Virus record (IMG/VR): IMGVR_UViG_3300021066_000062
Location: 1-32,375 of that record
Source of the DNA: a virus
Taxonomy: Duplodnaviria > Caudoviricetes
Strand: one strand, 5' to 3'
DNA: 32,375 nucleotides
Positions within the stretch are counted from its first letter, which is position 1. Each line of letters begins with the position of its first letter. Shown piece after piece: positions 1 through 8,848 of this stretch. The translations under genes and the position numbers were made by a program. Below the pieces are notes generated by a model. The model searched no databases. It was not told the DNA's origin and saw nothing but the letters and a program-made list of their open reading frames with translations.

Positions 1-67
1 TTGGGCCGCGCAGAAAATTTCCCGGCCCCCACGACCAAGCACAAACACACGATACGGAGCCAGCAGC

Positions 68-268
68 ATGAACCCAGCGATCGCCCACGTCCTCCAGTTC
101 TTCAATTACGCCCACCTGCCGCCGCATCTGCAGGAGATCAGCCGCCCGTTCGCCGAGCTGGCCCAGCAGGCGGCCGAGCGCGCGCAGAACCAGGAAACCA
201 CCGTAGCCCTCCGCAAGCTGCTGGAGGCGAAGGACGCGGCTGTGCGCGCGGCGCTGGTGAAGGCATGA
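68..268 (+). CDS. Small helical phage protein (66 aa), possible nucleotide-signal sponge
   Basis: GGAG upstream; FFNYAHLPPHLQEISRPF...ETTVALRKLLEAKDAAVRA is a pattern I recognise from small phage proteins; stop overlaps next start (ATGA 265-268). Function is inference. Confidence 0.7.
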   Translation: MNPAIAHVLQFFNYAHLPPHLQEISRPFAELAQQAAERAQNQETTVALRKLLEAKDAAVRAALVKA

Positions 269-480
269 CCTTCCACGAAGCCCTCACGCTGCTGCTCGAA
301 GCCCCCGGCGGGTACGCCACCCGCGCCTGCTTCACCTTCGCCGTGGTCCGGGCGCCAACCGGCGAGCCGATCTTCCTCCAGCGGTACCCCGACGATCCGC
401 GGGCCGGCGAGTGGGGCCAGATCAACCACATCCGCGTCGACCACATCCTCGCCACCGACTGGAAGGTTGTGTCGTCGTGA
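265..480 (+). CDS. DUF2829/Tad2-like small protein (71 aa)
   Basis: Starts MTFHEAL and ends DHILATDWKVV, matching the MxFxEAL...DxLAxDW termini of the DUF2829 (Tad2) family; ATGA-coupled to upstream gene; it is the C-terminal part of the 1..480 track ORF. Confidence 0.65.
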   Translation: MTFHEALTLLLEAPGGYATRACFTFAVVRAPTGEPIFLQRYPDDPRAGEWGQINHIRVDHILATDWKVVSS

Positions 481-528
481 CCTTCTCTCCAACCCGCCGC
501 AGGCGCCCACCCGACCACGGAGACCCGA

Positions 529-1422
529 ATGCGCAGTGACGACCTGGAATCCAACGAGTTCGGCGCAGCCGAGCGCAAGGTCGGCAACCTGTCCGATCTC
601 GCCACCGCGTTCGAGTCGCTCATGCGGCTCGACGTGCCCGAGCTGCACGGCGCCTGCAGGCTGCACGAGCCCCCGGCGACCCGCACCGAGGACCGGGAGG
701 GCGTGACCTACGTGCGGCACGAGGTCATGTTCCGCGAGCACGACTTCTCCTTGTCGGCCGCCCGGCTTCTGCCATGCGAGGCAGAGCAGATGGCGCGCAT
801 GGGCAACTGGCTCGCCCAGCTCGTGGCCGGCCTGTCCGACGACTACGGCGGGACCTGGCGGGTGTGCGCGTTCTTCTGCGGCCGTCGCGCCGTCGCGAGC
901 GCGGCGATCGGCGCGACGACCCAGACCACCGAGGACTTCGCCACCGCCTTCGGCCGGGCCATCCAGGGATCGAACACGAACGGACAGCCGGCGCGCGACT
1001 TCACCCCGGGCGTGGTCGCGTCGAGCGGGCGCATGGGGGCGGAGGTGGTCCACGACGAGGCGCTCGTGGTCCAGGTCGCGCTCGTCGAGATGACGGGCGC
1101 TCAAATCAAGGACCCGTCCGCCGGCTATTCGCCGACCGAGCGCTCGGTGTTCCACCCCTACATCGAGTCGGGCTCGATGCTCCGCCGGCTTCCCGAGCAG
1201 ATGCGGCGCCAGCGGGTGGCGGGCGAGGAGCTCATCGCCAGCTTCTGGCAGGGGCGCGTGGGCAAGAACGGCAAGCGGCAGTCCACCGCGGGTGACGCCG
1301 AGCGGCGCCGCAAGCTGCTGACCCCTCTCTCGCCGCGGGCCTACCTCGGTCTGCGCGCGAGCTTCGCGCCCAACCAGGTCGAGGTCCCCGAGCGGGCGGC
1401 GCAGGAGGTTCGCGGCGCATGA
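529..1422 (+). CDS. Hypothetical phage protein (297 aa)
   Basis: GGAG RBS, strong GC3 bias, normal composition, ATGA overlap with next gene; no motif recognised. Confidence 0.8.
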   Translation: MRSDDLESNEFGAAERKVGNLSDLATAFESLMRLDVPELHGACRLHEPPATRTEDREGVTYVRHEVMFREHDFSLSAARLLPCEAEQMARMGNWLAQLVAGLSDDYGGTWRVCAFFCGRRAVASAAIGATTQTTEDFATAFGRAIQGSNTNGQPARDFTPGVVASSGRMGAEVVHDEALVVQVALVEMTGAQIKDPSAGYSPTERSVFHPYIESGSMLRRLPEQMRRQRVAGEELIASFWQGRVGKNGKRQSTAGDAERRRKLLTPLSPRAYLGLRASFAPNQVEVPERAAQEVRGA

Positions 1423-1853
1423 GGACCCCCGACGCCGAGGCGTGGATGGCAGACGTGCTCGGCCCCGGCGAGGGCGCCGAGGCGGTGTCGTGGCTCGCGC
1501 GCGCGTACGCGGTGGTGCTCGCGGCCGACCTCGCCAACGGCATCCCCGCGCCCTTCGCGGAGATCCGCGCCCGGGCCATCGCCGCGGCGGTCTGGCGCTG
1601 GAACCGGGTCACCGGCGACCGCCTCGACCGGACGACCGAGGTGCTCCAAGGGACCACGGCGACCGAGCAGCGGCGGCGGGAGTTCCTGCTCGCCGACGAT
1701 CGGAACCGGCTCTACGGCGCGTACCAGCGCCAGCTCGCGCAGGCGGGCGAGCTGTGGACCGCCCTCGACCAGCTGCTGGGGGAGCGCACCGTCCCGACGC
1801 CCGGCCTGCCGGAGATCCGCCCCCCGCTCGAGGTGGTCCATGGCGGCCGGTGA
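1419..1853 (+). CDS. Hypothetical helical protein (144 aa)
   Basis: GGAGG upstream, ATGA coupling, GC3 bias. Confidence 0.75.
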   Translation: MRTPDAEAWMADVLGPGEGAEAVSWLARAYAVVLAADLANGIPAPFAEIRARAIAAAVWRWNRVTGDRLDRTTEVLQGTTATEQRRREFLLADDRNRLYGAYQRQLAQAGELWTALDQLLGERTVPTPGLPEIRPPLEVVHGGR

Positions 1854-2352
1854 GGGCGTGTGCCTGACCTGCGGCGGGCTCGTGCGACGGGGCCTCGTGC
1901 ACGTCTGCGCCGCGCCCTCGGCCATCGAGCGGGCGCGGACGCTGGTGCTCGAGGCGGCGGCAGACCCCGGCCTCGACATCGCCGCCGGCCGGGTGGCGCT
2001 CGTGCGCGCGGCCCTGCTCCGCGCGGTCGAGCCCGAGGCCACCGGCGTCACCGCGATCGCCAACATGATGGCCGCGCTTGGAGGGGAAGGTGAACAAGCG
2101 GGGTTCGGGCGAGAGGCGCAAGATCAGTTCTTCCGCGGGGTTCAAGCCGCTATGGCTGACGCGCGACAGGCGGCTGTACTGCCGGCTGTCGCCAACCGCG
2201 CACCAGCGGCTGCTGGAGGTGGCGCAGCGGACGGGGGCGACGCCGGGGGCGGTGCTCGACCGGCTGCTCCGCGGCCTGCCAGCGGCGACGCTCGCGGAGA
2301 CGGTGGCCGCGCAAGAGGACGAGGACGCGCGCGCGATCGCGGCGTGGAGTGA
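1840..2352 (+). CDS. Hypothetical protein with N-terminal CxxC...HxC; positional candidate for terminase small subunit
   Basis: GAGGTGG RBS; first ~110 aa look protein-like, the tail is low-complexity and overlaps another ORF; lies just upstream of TerL. Confidence 0.5.
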   Translation: MAAGEGVCLTCGGLVRRGLVHVCAAPSAIERARTLVLEAAADPGLDIAAGRVALVRAALLRAVEPEATGVTAIANMMAALGGEGEQAGFGREAQDQFFRGVQAAMADARQAAVLPAVANRAPAAAGGGAADGGDAGGGARPAAPRPASGDARGDGGRARGRGRARDRGVE

Positions 2353-2362
2353 CGAGCCGTGA
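2090..2362 (+). CDS. Ribbon-helix-helix-like DNA-binding protein (90 aa)
   Basis: GGAGG 5 nt before GTG 2090; RRLYCRLSPTAHQRLLEVAQRTGATPGAVLDRLL fits the strand-helix-helix RHH pattern; GTGA-coupled to TerL. Confidence 0.55.
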   Translation: MNKRGSGERRKISSSAGFKPLWLTRDRRLYCRLSPTAHQRLLEVAQRTGATPGAVLDRLLRGLPAATLAETVAAQEDEDARAIAAWSDEP

Positions 2363-4020
2363 ACTGGGAGGAAGCTGGCCGGCTCTGCGGAGATCCCTAC
2401 CGATTCATCGGTGGGCTTCAGATCGCCGACAAGCGCGGCAAGCTTCGGTCCATGGCTCCGTTCTGGCCGGAGCAGCTCGACACGATCGCGGCCATGCTCC
2501 TGTTCGACAACGTGTTCGCGCTCAAGAGCCGCCAGCGCGGAATTACCACGGTGGTCCTCGGCTTCTTCTTCTGGCTGCTGTACTGCAGCCCGGACCCTGC
2601 CCACCTCATCAGCGTCACCCACGCGTTGTGGGCGCGAGGCTCGGTGAACAGCAAGCTCCGCCTGTTCCAGCGGAGGATGCCCGAGCCCCTGCCGAACGGC
2701 TTCGCCAAGGACTCCGCCGAATACCTGCAGCTCGCGCACAACAAGGCGGGCGCGGTGCAGATGGTGGCGGGCGGCCGCGGGCAGGGGCGGTCGTTTACCT
2801 TCCAGCATCAGCACTGGACGGAGATGGCCTACTATCCCGTAGGGAGCGCGGCGAACGCCAGCAAGCAGCACGACAAGGCGGCGGACCGCCAGGTGTGGGC
2901 GTCGGTCAACAGCACGGTCGAGTCCGCCCCCGGCCACAAGACGGTCATCGAGAGCACGGCGAACGGGCCCTACGGGCTGTACTACGAGATGCACGAGACC
3001 TCGCGCCAGAACCCGGCGGAGTGGGCGCACCTGTTCTGGCCGTGGTTCTACACGAACGACTACACGCGGCCCATCCGCGACCCGCACAAGTTCGTCGCCG
3101 AGCTGCGCGACGACGAGCGCCAGCTGCTCGAGCTCCACGGCGACGCGGGGCTGACGCTCGAGCACTTGGCGTGGCGGCGGCACCGCATCGAGGTCCTCGG
3201 GTACAAGCGCGAGCTCTTCCGCCTGGAGTTCCCTTCGGACGAGAACGAGCCCTTCGAGCTGTCCGGGGGGCTGTGGTTCGACGCCGACCGGGTGCGGGAG
3301 ATCGGCGCGCGCGCCACGCGCGAGGGGGCGCGCCTCTGCCCTCCGGGTGAGGCGTACGTCGAGATCGTGCCGCCCGAGCCGGGGCGCCGGTACTTCCTGG
3401 GCCAGGACACGAGCGGCGGCGTGGGCAAGGACTACGCGTCGGTGCAGGTCCTGCGCGACGACTTCACCCAGGTCGCCCGGTGGCGCTCCAACCGCGTCGG
3501 CCCGCGCGGCCAGGCCGAGCAGTCGGCGCGCATGAGCCTCCGGTACAACCGGGGGCGGATCAACTGCGAGCGCAACAAGTACGGGCACCAGGTCATCGCG
3601 CACCTGCTCGAGCTCGGCGCGCCGATGTGGGAGGACGACAAGGGCCGGCCGGGGTTCTGGACCCAGGGCGGATCGAACACGAGCAAGCGCTTCCTGTTCG
3701 ACTACGCGCGCGAGGTCATCCAGGCCGGGTTCTGCGCCCCGTCGGTCCCGGGCGTCGTGCCGGTCATCAGCTGCCCCGTCCTCGCCGCGCAGCTCGGCCG
3801 CGTGGCGGAGGGGGCCGACGGCAACATCCAGGTGGCCCGGAGCGCGGGCGTGAAGGTCGACGACGAAGAGGACCAGGAGACCCACGACGACGACGTCATG
3901 GCCTGGGTCCTGGCGCTGTGGTGCGGGCGCGAGCAGTTCCGCGGCCGCAAGGTCCAGCAATTCAAGCAGCCGACCGGGTTCCTCGGCGAGCTGCTCGCCA
4001 AGTATGGAGCGACGCCATGA
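2359..4020 (+). CDS. terL: Terminase large subunit
   Basis: Walker A-like ALKSRQRGITT, Walker B-like HWTEMAYY, coupling motif VIESTANG, RNase H-fold nuclease motifs LGQDTSGGVGKDYAS, NCERN and HDDDVMA. Confidence 0.95.
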   Translation: MNWEEAGRLCGDPYRFIGGLQIADKRGKLRSMAPFWPEQLDTIAAMLLFDNVFALKSRQRGITTVVLGFFFWLLYCSPDPAHLISVTHALWARGSVNSKLRLFQRRMPEPLPNGFAKDSAEYLQLAHNKAGAVQMVAGGRGQGRSFTFQHQHWTEMAYYPVGSAANASKQHDKAADRQVWASVNSTVESAPGHKTVIESTANGPYGLYYEMHETSRQNPAEWAHLFWPWFYTNDYTRPIRDPHKFVAELRDDERQLLELHGDAGLTLEHLAWRRHRIEVLGYKRELFRLEFPSDENEPFELSGGLWFDADRVREIGARATREGARLCPPGEAYVEIVPPEPGRRYFLGQDTSGGVGKDYASVQVLRDDFTQVARWRSNRVGPRGQAEQSARMSLRYNRGRINCERNKYGHQVIAHLLELGAPMWEDDKGRPGFWTQGGSNTSKRFLFDYAREVIQAGFCAPSVPGVVPVISCPVLAAQLGRVAEGADGNIQVARSAGVKVDDEEDQETHDDDVMAWVLALWCGREQFRGRKVQQFKQPTGFLGELLAKYGATP

Positions 4021-5813
4021 TGGTGGACACCGAGAGCAACCCCCGGGTGACGGCCCTCGTGGCCGATCACGCGCGGTGGGTCGAGGAGAATCGCGGGCGC
4101 TGGCGGTGCATCAAGACGAGCTACGAACGCCAGCACTGGGCTGGGTTCTCCGAGCTGCCGGGCAACGACGGCCCGATCGATCCCGACCTGGTCAAGATGC
4201 AGGTCTCGCTCCTGCCGGGCTGGATCAACGCGCGTCTCGGCAACCTCTACCCGCGTGGGGGGCTGCCGACCTCGGTGCAGCCCGAGCCGATCGAGCTGCC
4301 CGGGCGCCCCGAGCCGGGCACGGCCGACCAGGCCGACGCGATCGAGGTGGTGCTGGACCGGTTCCTTCGCCACGAGAACGTGCCCCAGGCGATCGAGCAG
4401 GCGTTCCAGCTCGGGCTCTCCTACGACGGGGGGAGCGCGTTCAAGTTCGGCGTGGACCCGGCGGCGCTGCGGGAGAAGAACAAGCCCGAGCTCGAGGCGC
4501 TGCTGGAGGCGCCCTGGGTCCAGGCGCTGACCCCTTGGGAGGTCGTCATGGACCGCCGGGTCGGCTCGGCCGACCGAGGCGAGTACACCGGCCACCTCTA
4601 CCCGATGAGCAGCGACGCGATCCGCGCGTCGTACGGCGAGCTCGTCGAGGACGTGGAGGCGCTGCTCGAGACACCGCGGCACCTGCCCGAGACGGTCTTG
4701 CGCGGGCTGCGCCACGAGACCCAGCGGAGCAACCGCGAGGAGCGCCCCGACCACCACCTGGTGCTCGAGCTGCTCGACATGTCGCCGCTCGCGGCGAGCC
4801 GCACCCGGGTGCAGCACTACCTCGTGTGCGGCGATCCCGAGCGCCCGCAGCTCAAGCTGCTCGCGACGACGCGCGCGCCGGCGGCGACGGCGCGCGGGCG
4901 CATCCTGTCGCACCTGCCGCCCATCGTGCTCGAGGCGCCGCCCGACGAGCCGCTCAAGGGGATCGCCCCGGCCTGGGGGATCTGGGAGATCGAGCACGAG
5001 ACGAGCGTGCTCGCGATCGCGCTCGCGAACGGGGCGCGCCGGGATGCGGCGAGGGTGGCTGCCTATTTGAAAGACAAGGTGGACGAGAAGGTCATCAAGG
5101 CGATCCTCGAAGGCAAGGACGTCAGCTTCGTCCCGTGCGACAGCGCGACGGACCTGCAGAAGGCCATCCAGTTCCTCAACATTCCGCCTATGTCCGATAC
5201 GATCTTGAAGTATCGGCAGTTCTTGACCCAGGCCTACAACGACACGGTGCAGCTCTCGCCCTTCGCCCAGGGCAAGCAAGGCGAGTACCTCTCGGCGACC
5301 GAGGCGCAGGCCCTCGTCGCGTACACCGAGAGCAACGAGGGGCGGGTAGCCAAGCGCATGGACGAGGTCGTCGTGCACCTGCTGCACGTCTACCTGCGGT
5401 TCCTGCACGACGCGCTGGCCGCCAGCGACCAGCCCCTCCGGGTGCGGCTCGGGCGGAAGACGGTCTCCCTCACCGCTGAGGACCTGAACCGTCCGTGGCG
5501 CCTCGGGCTCGCGGACATCGCCAGGTCGCCGATGGCGAAGGAGGCGCGCAAGCTCGCCTTCTACACGGCCAAGCCTCACCTCGAGAGCCTGGTTGCGCTG
5601 GCCAGCCTCCAGACGTCGCCCCCTCCGGTCCAGGTCTTCGCCCGCCACGCGATCGACTACATCTGCGACGTCGAGTCGCTCCCCGACCAGTTCCGCAGCG
5701 AGTCGCTCTTCCGCGACTTCGAGGCGCCGCCTGCGACACCGGCGCCGCCAGCGGGCCTCCCCGTGCAGCCGCCGCTCGCGCCCGAGGTGCTCGATGGCCC
5801 TGTTGCTCCGTAA
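4017..5813 (+). CDS. Portal protein (598 aa)
   Basis: ATGA-coupled directly after TerL; size, helical character, SATEA motif and Pro-rich tail typical of podoviral portals; true start lies inside the 3480..5813 track ORF. Confidence 0.85.
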   Translation: MMVDTESNPRVTALVADHARWVEENRGRWRCIKTSYERQHWAGFSELPGNDGPIDPDLVKMQVSLLPGWINARLGNLYPRGGLPTSVQPEPIELPGRPEPGTADQADAIEVVLDRFLRHENVPQAIEQAFQLGLSYDGGSAFKFGVDPAALREKNKPELEALLEAPWVQALTPWEVVMDRRVGSADRGEYTGHLYPMSSDAIRASYGELVEDVEALLETPRHLPETVLRGLRHETQRSNREERPDHHLVLELLDMSPLAASRTRVQHYLVCGDPERPQLKLLATTRAPAATARGRILSHLPPIVLEAPPDEPLKGIAPAWGIWEIEHETSVLAIALANGARRDAARVAAYLKDKVDEKVIKAILEGKDVSFVPCDSATDLQKAIQFLNIPPMSDTILKYRQFLTQAYNDTVQLSPFAQGKQGEYLSATEAQALVAYTESNEGRVAKRMDEVVVHLLHVYLRFLHDALAASDQPLRVRLGRKTVSLTAEDLNRPWRLGLADIARSPMAKEARKLAFYTAKPHLESLVALASLQTSPPPVQVFARHAIDYICDVESLPDQFRSESLFRDFEAPPATPAPPAGLPVQPPLAPEVLDGPVAP

Positions 5814-6255
5814 GCTCTGCCGCGGCTGCAGCGCCCGCTACGAGACGCTGGTCGAGAAGGGCGTGGACTACGGCCCCAACGGCGATGGCGTCCTCGGCTG
5901 CCCCGCGTGCGCGTCCGTCGACGCCGAGACGCTCGTGGCGCCGGTCGAGCACACGGGCCTGCGGGGCTACCCGTACTGGGACGAGACGCTGCAGGCGACG
6001 GTGCACAACGACGCCGAGCGGCGCCGGCTCGCCGCGGAGCGCGGCCTCGTGCCGCTGTGGACCCAGGACGACCTCACCGAGATCGACCGCCGGCAGCGCG
6101 ACAGGCGCAACGCCCTCGAGCAGGAGGAGCGCGAGCGCGCAGAGCGGATGGCACGGCGAGCGGCGCGGCCCGAGGCGCGCGAGTTCCAGGCCATGGTCGA
6201 CCGCGGGTGGCTCACCGACAAGATGCGCGAGATCCGCTCGCACGTGGAGGAATGA
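5794..6255 (+). CDS. FmdB-like zinc-ribbon protein (153 aa)
   Basis: GAGGTG RBS; CRGC...YETLV...CPAC pair then charged helix; such genes often follow portals. Confidence 0.7.
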   Translation: MALLLRKLCRGCSARYETLVEKGVDYGPNGDGVLGCPACASVDAETLVAPVEHTGLRGYPYWDETLQATVHNDAERRRLAAERGLVPLWTQDDLTEIDRRQRDRRNALEQEERERAERMARRAARPEAREFQAMVDRGWLTDKMREIRSHVEE

Positions 6256-6854
6256 TGCCGATCGGGTTCACGAGGCCAGGCAAGATCACCGAGGCGAAAC
6301 GCCAGGTGGCAAGCAAGGAAGTCGCCGGCGGGGGGAAGAAGGTCAACCCCGTGCTGCTGTCGATGCTCGCGGAAGCGGCGTCCACGACCATGGACGCCAT
6401 GACCGGAGGGGAGTCGCCGGTCGCCGAAGCAGATGGCAGCTACGACGGCAAGGACAGCAAGGAGGAGGACGTCGGGGCGCTTCACCTCGCGCTGTCCGGC
6501 CTGCAGTCCTACCTGAAGGCGCTCGGGCCGGCGGGCAAGAAGTACGCCTTCGACGCGACGGAGGCGCTGTCGTCCGACGATGCAGCGCTCGAGCTCTACC
6601 GGAAGCTCACCGCCGCCGCGAGCGACGCGGGCTTCCTCGTCGCGGCGGCCAACGGGCCGAAGCCGCCGGCAGACGCCAAGGACGAGACCACCACCAAGGA
6701 GGAGGCGGCCGCAGGGCCCGACCTCCGGAAACTTCTGGGAGGAACGAATGGAACCGAAGGAGCAGGAGAGGGAGCAACCGGAGGCGGCGCCGGCGCCGGC
6801 GCCGGAGGTGGAGCAACCCAAGGAGGAGAGCGGGAAGCCGCAGGCCGCCGCTGA
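6252..6854 (+). CDS. Hypothetical head-module protein (200 aa)
   Basis: GGAGG RBS, ATGA coupling; Gly-rich tail overlaps the start of the scaffold gene. Confidence 0.7.
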   Translation: MMPIGFTRPGKITEAKRQVASKEVAGGGKKVNPVLLSMLAEAASTTMDAMTGGESPVAEADGSYDGKDSKEEDVGALHLALSGLQSYLKALGPAGKKYAFDATEALSSDDAALELYRKLTAAASDAGFLVAAANGPKPPADAKDETTTKEEAAAGPDLRKLLGGTNGTEGAGEGATGGGAGAGAGGGATQGGEREAAGRR

Positions 6855-7710
6855 ACCGGTGACGCTGGGGCTGCTCGACGCCGAGCTGCCCGACCTGCTC
6901 TCGCCGTTCGAGACCTACGCCGACGGGGTCGAGGTCGACGCGGCGGTCCTCGACCGCGTGCGAGAAGACCCTGACCTCCGGGCGCTGCTGTACAACGTGC
7001 GGCTCGCATCGACGCGTCGACAGGCCGAGCTCGACGCGCGCGAGGCCGCGCTCACCGAGAAGCTCGAGGCCTTCGCGCGCGAGCGCGCGCAAGAGCGCCA
7101 GCTGCAGGAGCGGAGCCACACCGACTTCAAGGCGGCCACGGAGGCGGTGTTCAAGGACGACGGCCAGGAGATCAAGGTCCCCGACCTGCGCGAGGACCCG
7201 GAGGGCTACGTGCGCGCGGTCGCCCAGCGTGAGGCGCAGGCGCTCGTGCGCGCGGCGCTGGGCGGGCTCGGCAAGAGCTACGCCGAGAAGGCCGAGGAGC
7301 AGCTGCAGCAGACGCGGCGCGCCGAGGCCGAGGCGGTGCAGGCGTCGAAGCTCGCGGCCGTCGAGCGGTGGCAGAAGTCCGACCCGGAGATCGGCAAGCT
7401 CCTCGCCGTCCCGGAGTTCTTCGAGGAGCTCGCCGGCCTCGTGAAGGCGACGGGCAAGGATGCGCCCGAGCTGTACGGGAAGCTCGTCCACGGTTGGAGA
7501 CACCGGCTCTCCGAGAAGGAGAGCCGCGCCGAGGCGTCCGAGCGCCTCTCGGCCGCGTCTCTCGCGGGCCGCCGCGAGCGCACGAGCGCCGCGCGCATCG
7601 ATCCCGACAGCGCGCCTTACGAGGACCTCAAGAAGGCCATCGCGAACGCGCCCCCCGGATCTGCCGCGACCAAGGACCTGCTTTCGCGGAGTCGCCTCAT
7701 CCCGCGCTGA
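6748..7710 (+). CDS. Capsid scaffolding protein (320 aa)
   Basis: GGAGG before ATG 6748; acidic Pro/Glu N-terminus and long coiled-coil; immediately upstream of the capsid gene. Confidence 0.75.
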   Translation: MEPKEQEREQPEAAPAPAPEVEQPKEESGKPQAAAEPVTLGLLDAELPDLLSPFETYADGVEVDAAVLDRVREDPDLRALLYNVRLASTRRQAELDAREAALTEKLEAFARERAQERQLQERSHTDFKAATEAVFKDDGQEIKVPDLREDPEGYVRAVAQREAQALVRAALGGLGKSYAEKAEEQLQQTRRAEAEAVQASKLAAVERWQKSDPEIGKLLAVPEFFEELAGLVKATGKDAPELYGKLVHGWRHRLSEKESRAEASERLSAASLAGRRERTSAARIDPDSAPYEDLKKAIANAPPGSAATKDLLSRSRLIPR

Positions 7711-7718
7711 CGCCCCCG

Positions 7719-7747
7719 TTGCGAACACGCATTGCGTCGGGTAGGTT
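7719..7747 (+). promoter_or_regulatory. Sigma70-like promoter candidate for the capsid gene
   Basis: TTGCGA (7719-7724), 17-nt spacer, TAGGTT (7742-7747) in the intergenic gap before the capsid gene. Confidence 0.5.
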
Positions 7748-7751
7748 CGAA

Positions 7752-7771
7752 GTGCGACAAAAAAGCCGCAC
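7752..7771. promoter_or_regulatory. Operator-like dyad GTGCGAC-AAAAAA-GCCGCAC
   Basis: Same 7-bp arms occur inverted at 21482-21501; overlaps the expected transcription start. Confidence 0.6.
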
Positions 7772-7786
7772 GGGGGACCGACCACC

Positions 7787-8836
7787 ATGGCGTCCTTTAC
7801 CCTCACGGACGAGGAAGCTTCGGTACTGGGGATCCGCTTCAGCCAGAAGTTCGCGAATCCCCAGGACACGCCATACCCGGTCGCGGAGCGGCTCATCGCC
7901 GGCGCGCAAGACCTGGAGGCGGGGCGCCTGTTCACGACGAACTGGCAGGTCCGCCGGCACTCCGAGCCGCAGCGCATCACGTCGGACTTCCCGGCGATCA
8001 CCTACTCCGGGCAGGCCCAGTTCGTGCCCGGGAGCTACGGCACGTTCTACGTGGTGCAGCCGATCTTGATGAGCCGGAAGCGGGACGACGAGATGTCCGG
8101 CAAGGGCCAGCTCATCGACTACCAGGAAGCGGCGATCAAGGACGTCATGATGCACCTGCGCAGCAACCTGCAGCAGCAGGCGCTGTTCGGCGATGTCACG
8201 GCGTTCGCCGACATGGCGACCATCAACGGCACCGACTACAACACCGGCTTCGTCGAGCATCGCGCCTCCGGGTCGCAGACGAACACCGTGCACGGGCTCT
8301 CGAAGTCCACCTACGCGACGCTCCTCGGAACGCAGAACCAGTTCTACGACTGCAGCTCCGCGGCCTCCGCGCACATCCAGCGCGGCCTCGCCCAGATTGG
8401 AAGCCGTCTCCGCCGCATCCACGGCAACCGCGACCTCAAGAACACCTTCTGCTACGCGTCCGAGAAGTTCGACGAGTTCGCCCGCCGGATCGTGATCCCG
8501 CAGCGGCAGTACCTGCCGGGCGGAAGCCAGGACATCGGCGTCGGCCAGGCCGCCGCGGTCATCGACGGCTTCAAGTACGACAACGTGCTCCTGCCCTCGG
8601 CGGGCGCCACCTCGGCCGCGAACAAGTGGAGCTTCCTGGGTGTCGATCACGGCAGCATCAAGCTGAAGAAGCGGTCGAAGGCCTTCTTCACGATGACGCC
8701 CTACATGCAGCTCAACCCGCTCGTGAGCGTCTCGGTCGTCATCGTCGCCGGGCAGCTCGTGTGCGAGGTCAGCTCTGATGGTCAGTACGGCCCGCTCTCG
8801 GGCTGCTTCCTGCTTACCAACGCCGAAGTGTTCTAA
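7787..8836 (+). CDS. Major capsid protein (349 aa)
   Basis: Follows scaffold; size, strong codon bias and HK97-like layout (LIDYQEAAIKDVMMHLRSNLQQQALFGD long helix; C-terminal AGQLVC). Confidence 0.85.
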   Translation: MASFTLTDEEASVLGIRFSQKFANPQDTPYPVAERLIAGAQDLEAGRLFTTNWQVRRHSEPQRITSDFPAITYSGQAQFVPGSYGTFYVVQPILMSRKRDDEMSGKGQLIDYQEAAIKDVMMHLRSNLQQQALFGDVTAFADMATINGTDYNTGFVEHRASGSQTNTVHGLSKSTYATLLGTQNQFYDCSSAASAHIQRGLAQIGSRLRRIHGNRDLKNTFCYASEKFDEFARRIVIPQRQYLPGGSQDIGVGQAAAVIDGFKYDNVLLPSAGATSAANKWSFLGVDHGSIKLKKRSKAFFTMTPYMQLNPLVSVSVVIVAGQLVCEVSSDGQYGPLSGCFLLTNAEVF

Positions 8837-8848
8837 TCGGAGGCCGAC

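Noticed and set aside
3-28. Third copy of the late operator (GGGCCG...GAAAATTTC...CGGCCC)
   Set aside because: Arms do not match GTGCGAC/GCCGCAC, symmetry is poor, and context is cut by the window edge.
2800-2835. Inactive terminase because Walker B lacks DE
   Set aside because: H-x-(S/T)-E-x-A-(F/Y) is a normal variant in this terminase group, and the other motifs are intact.
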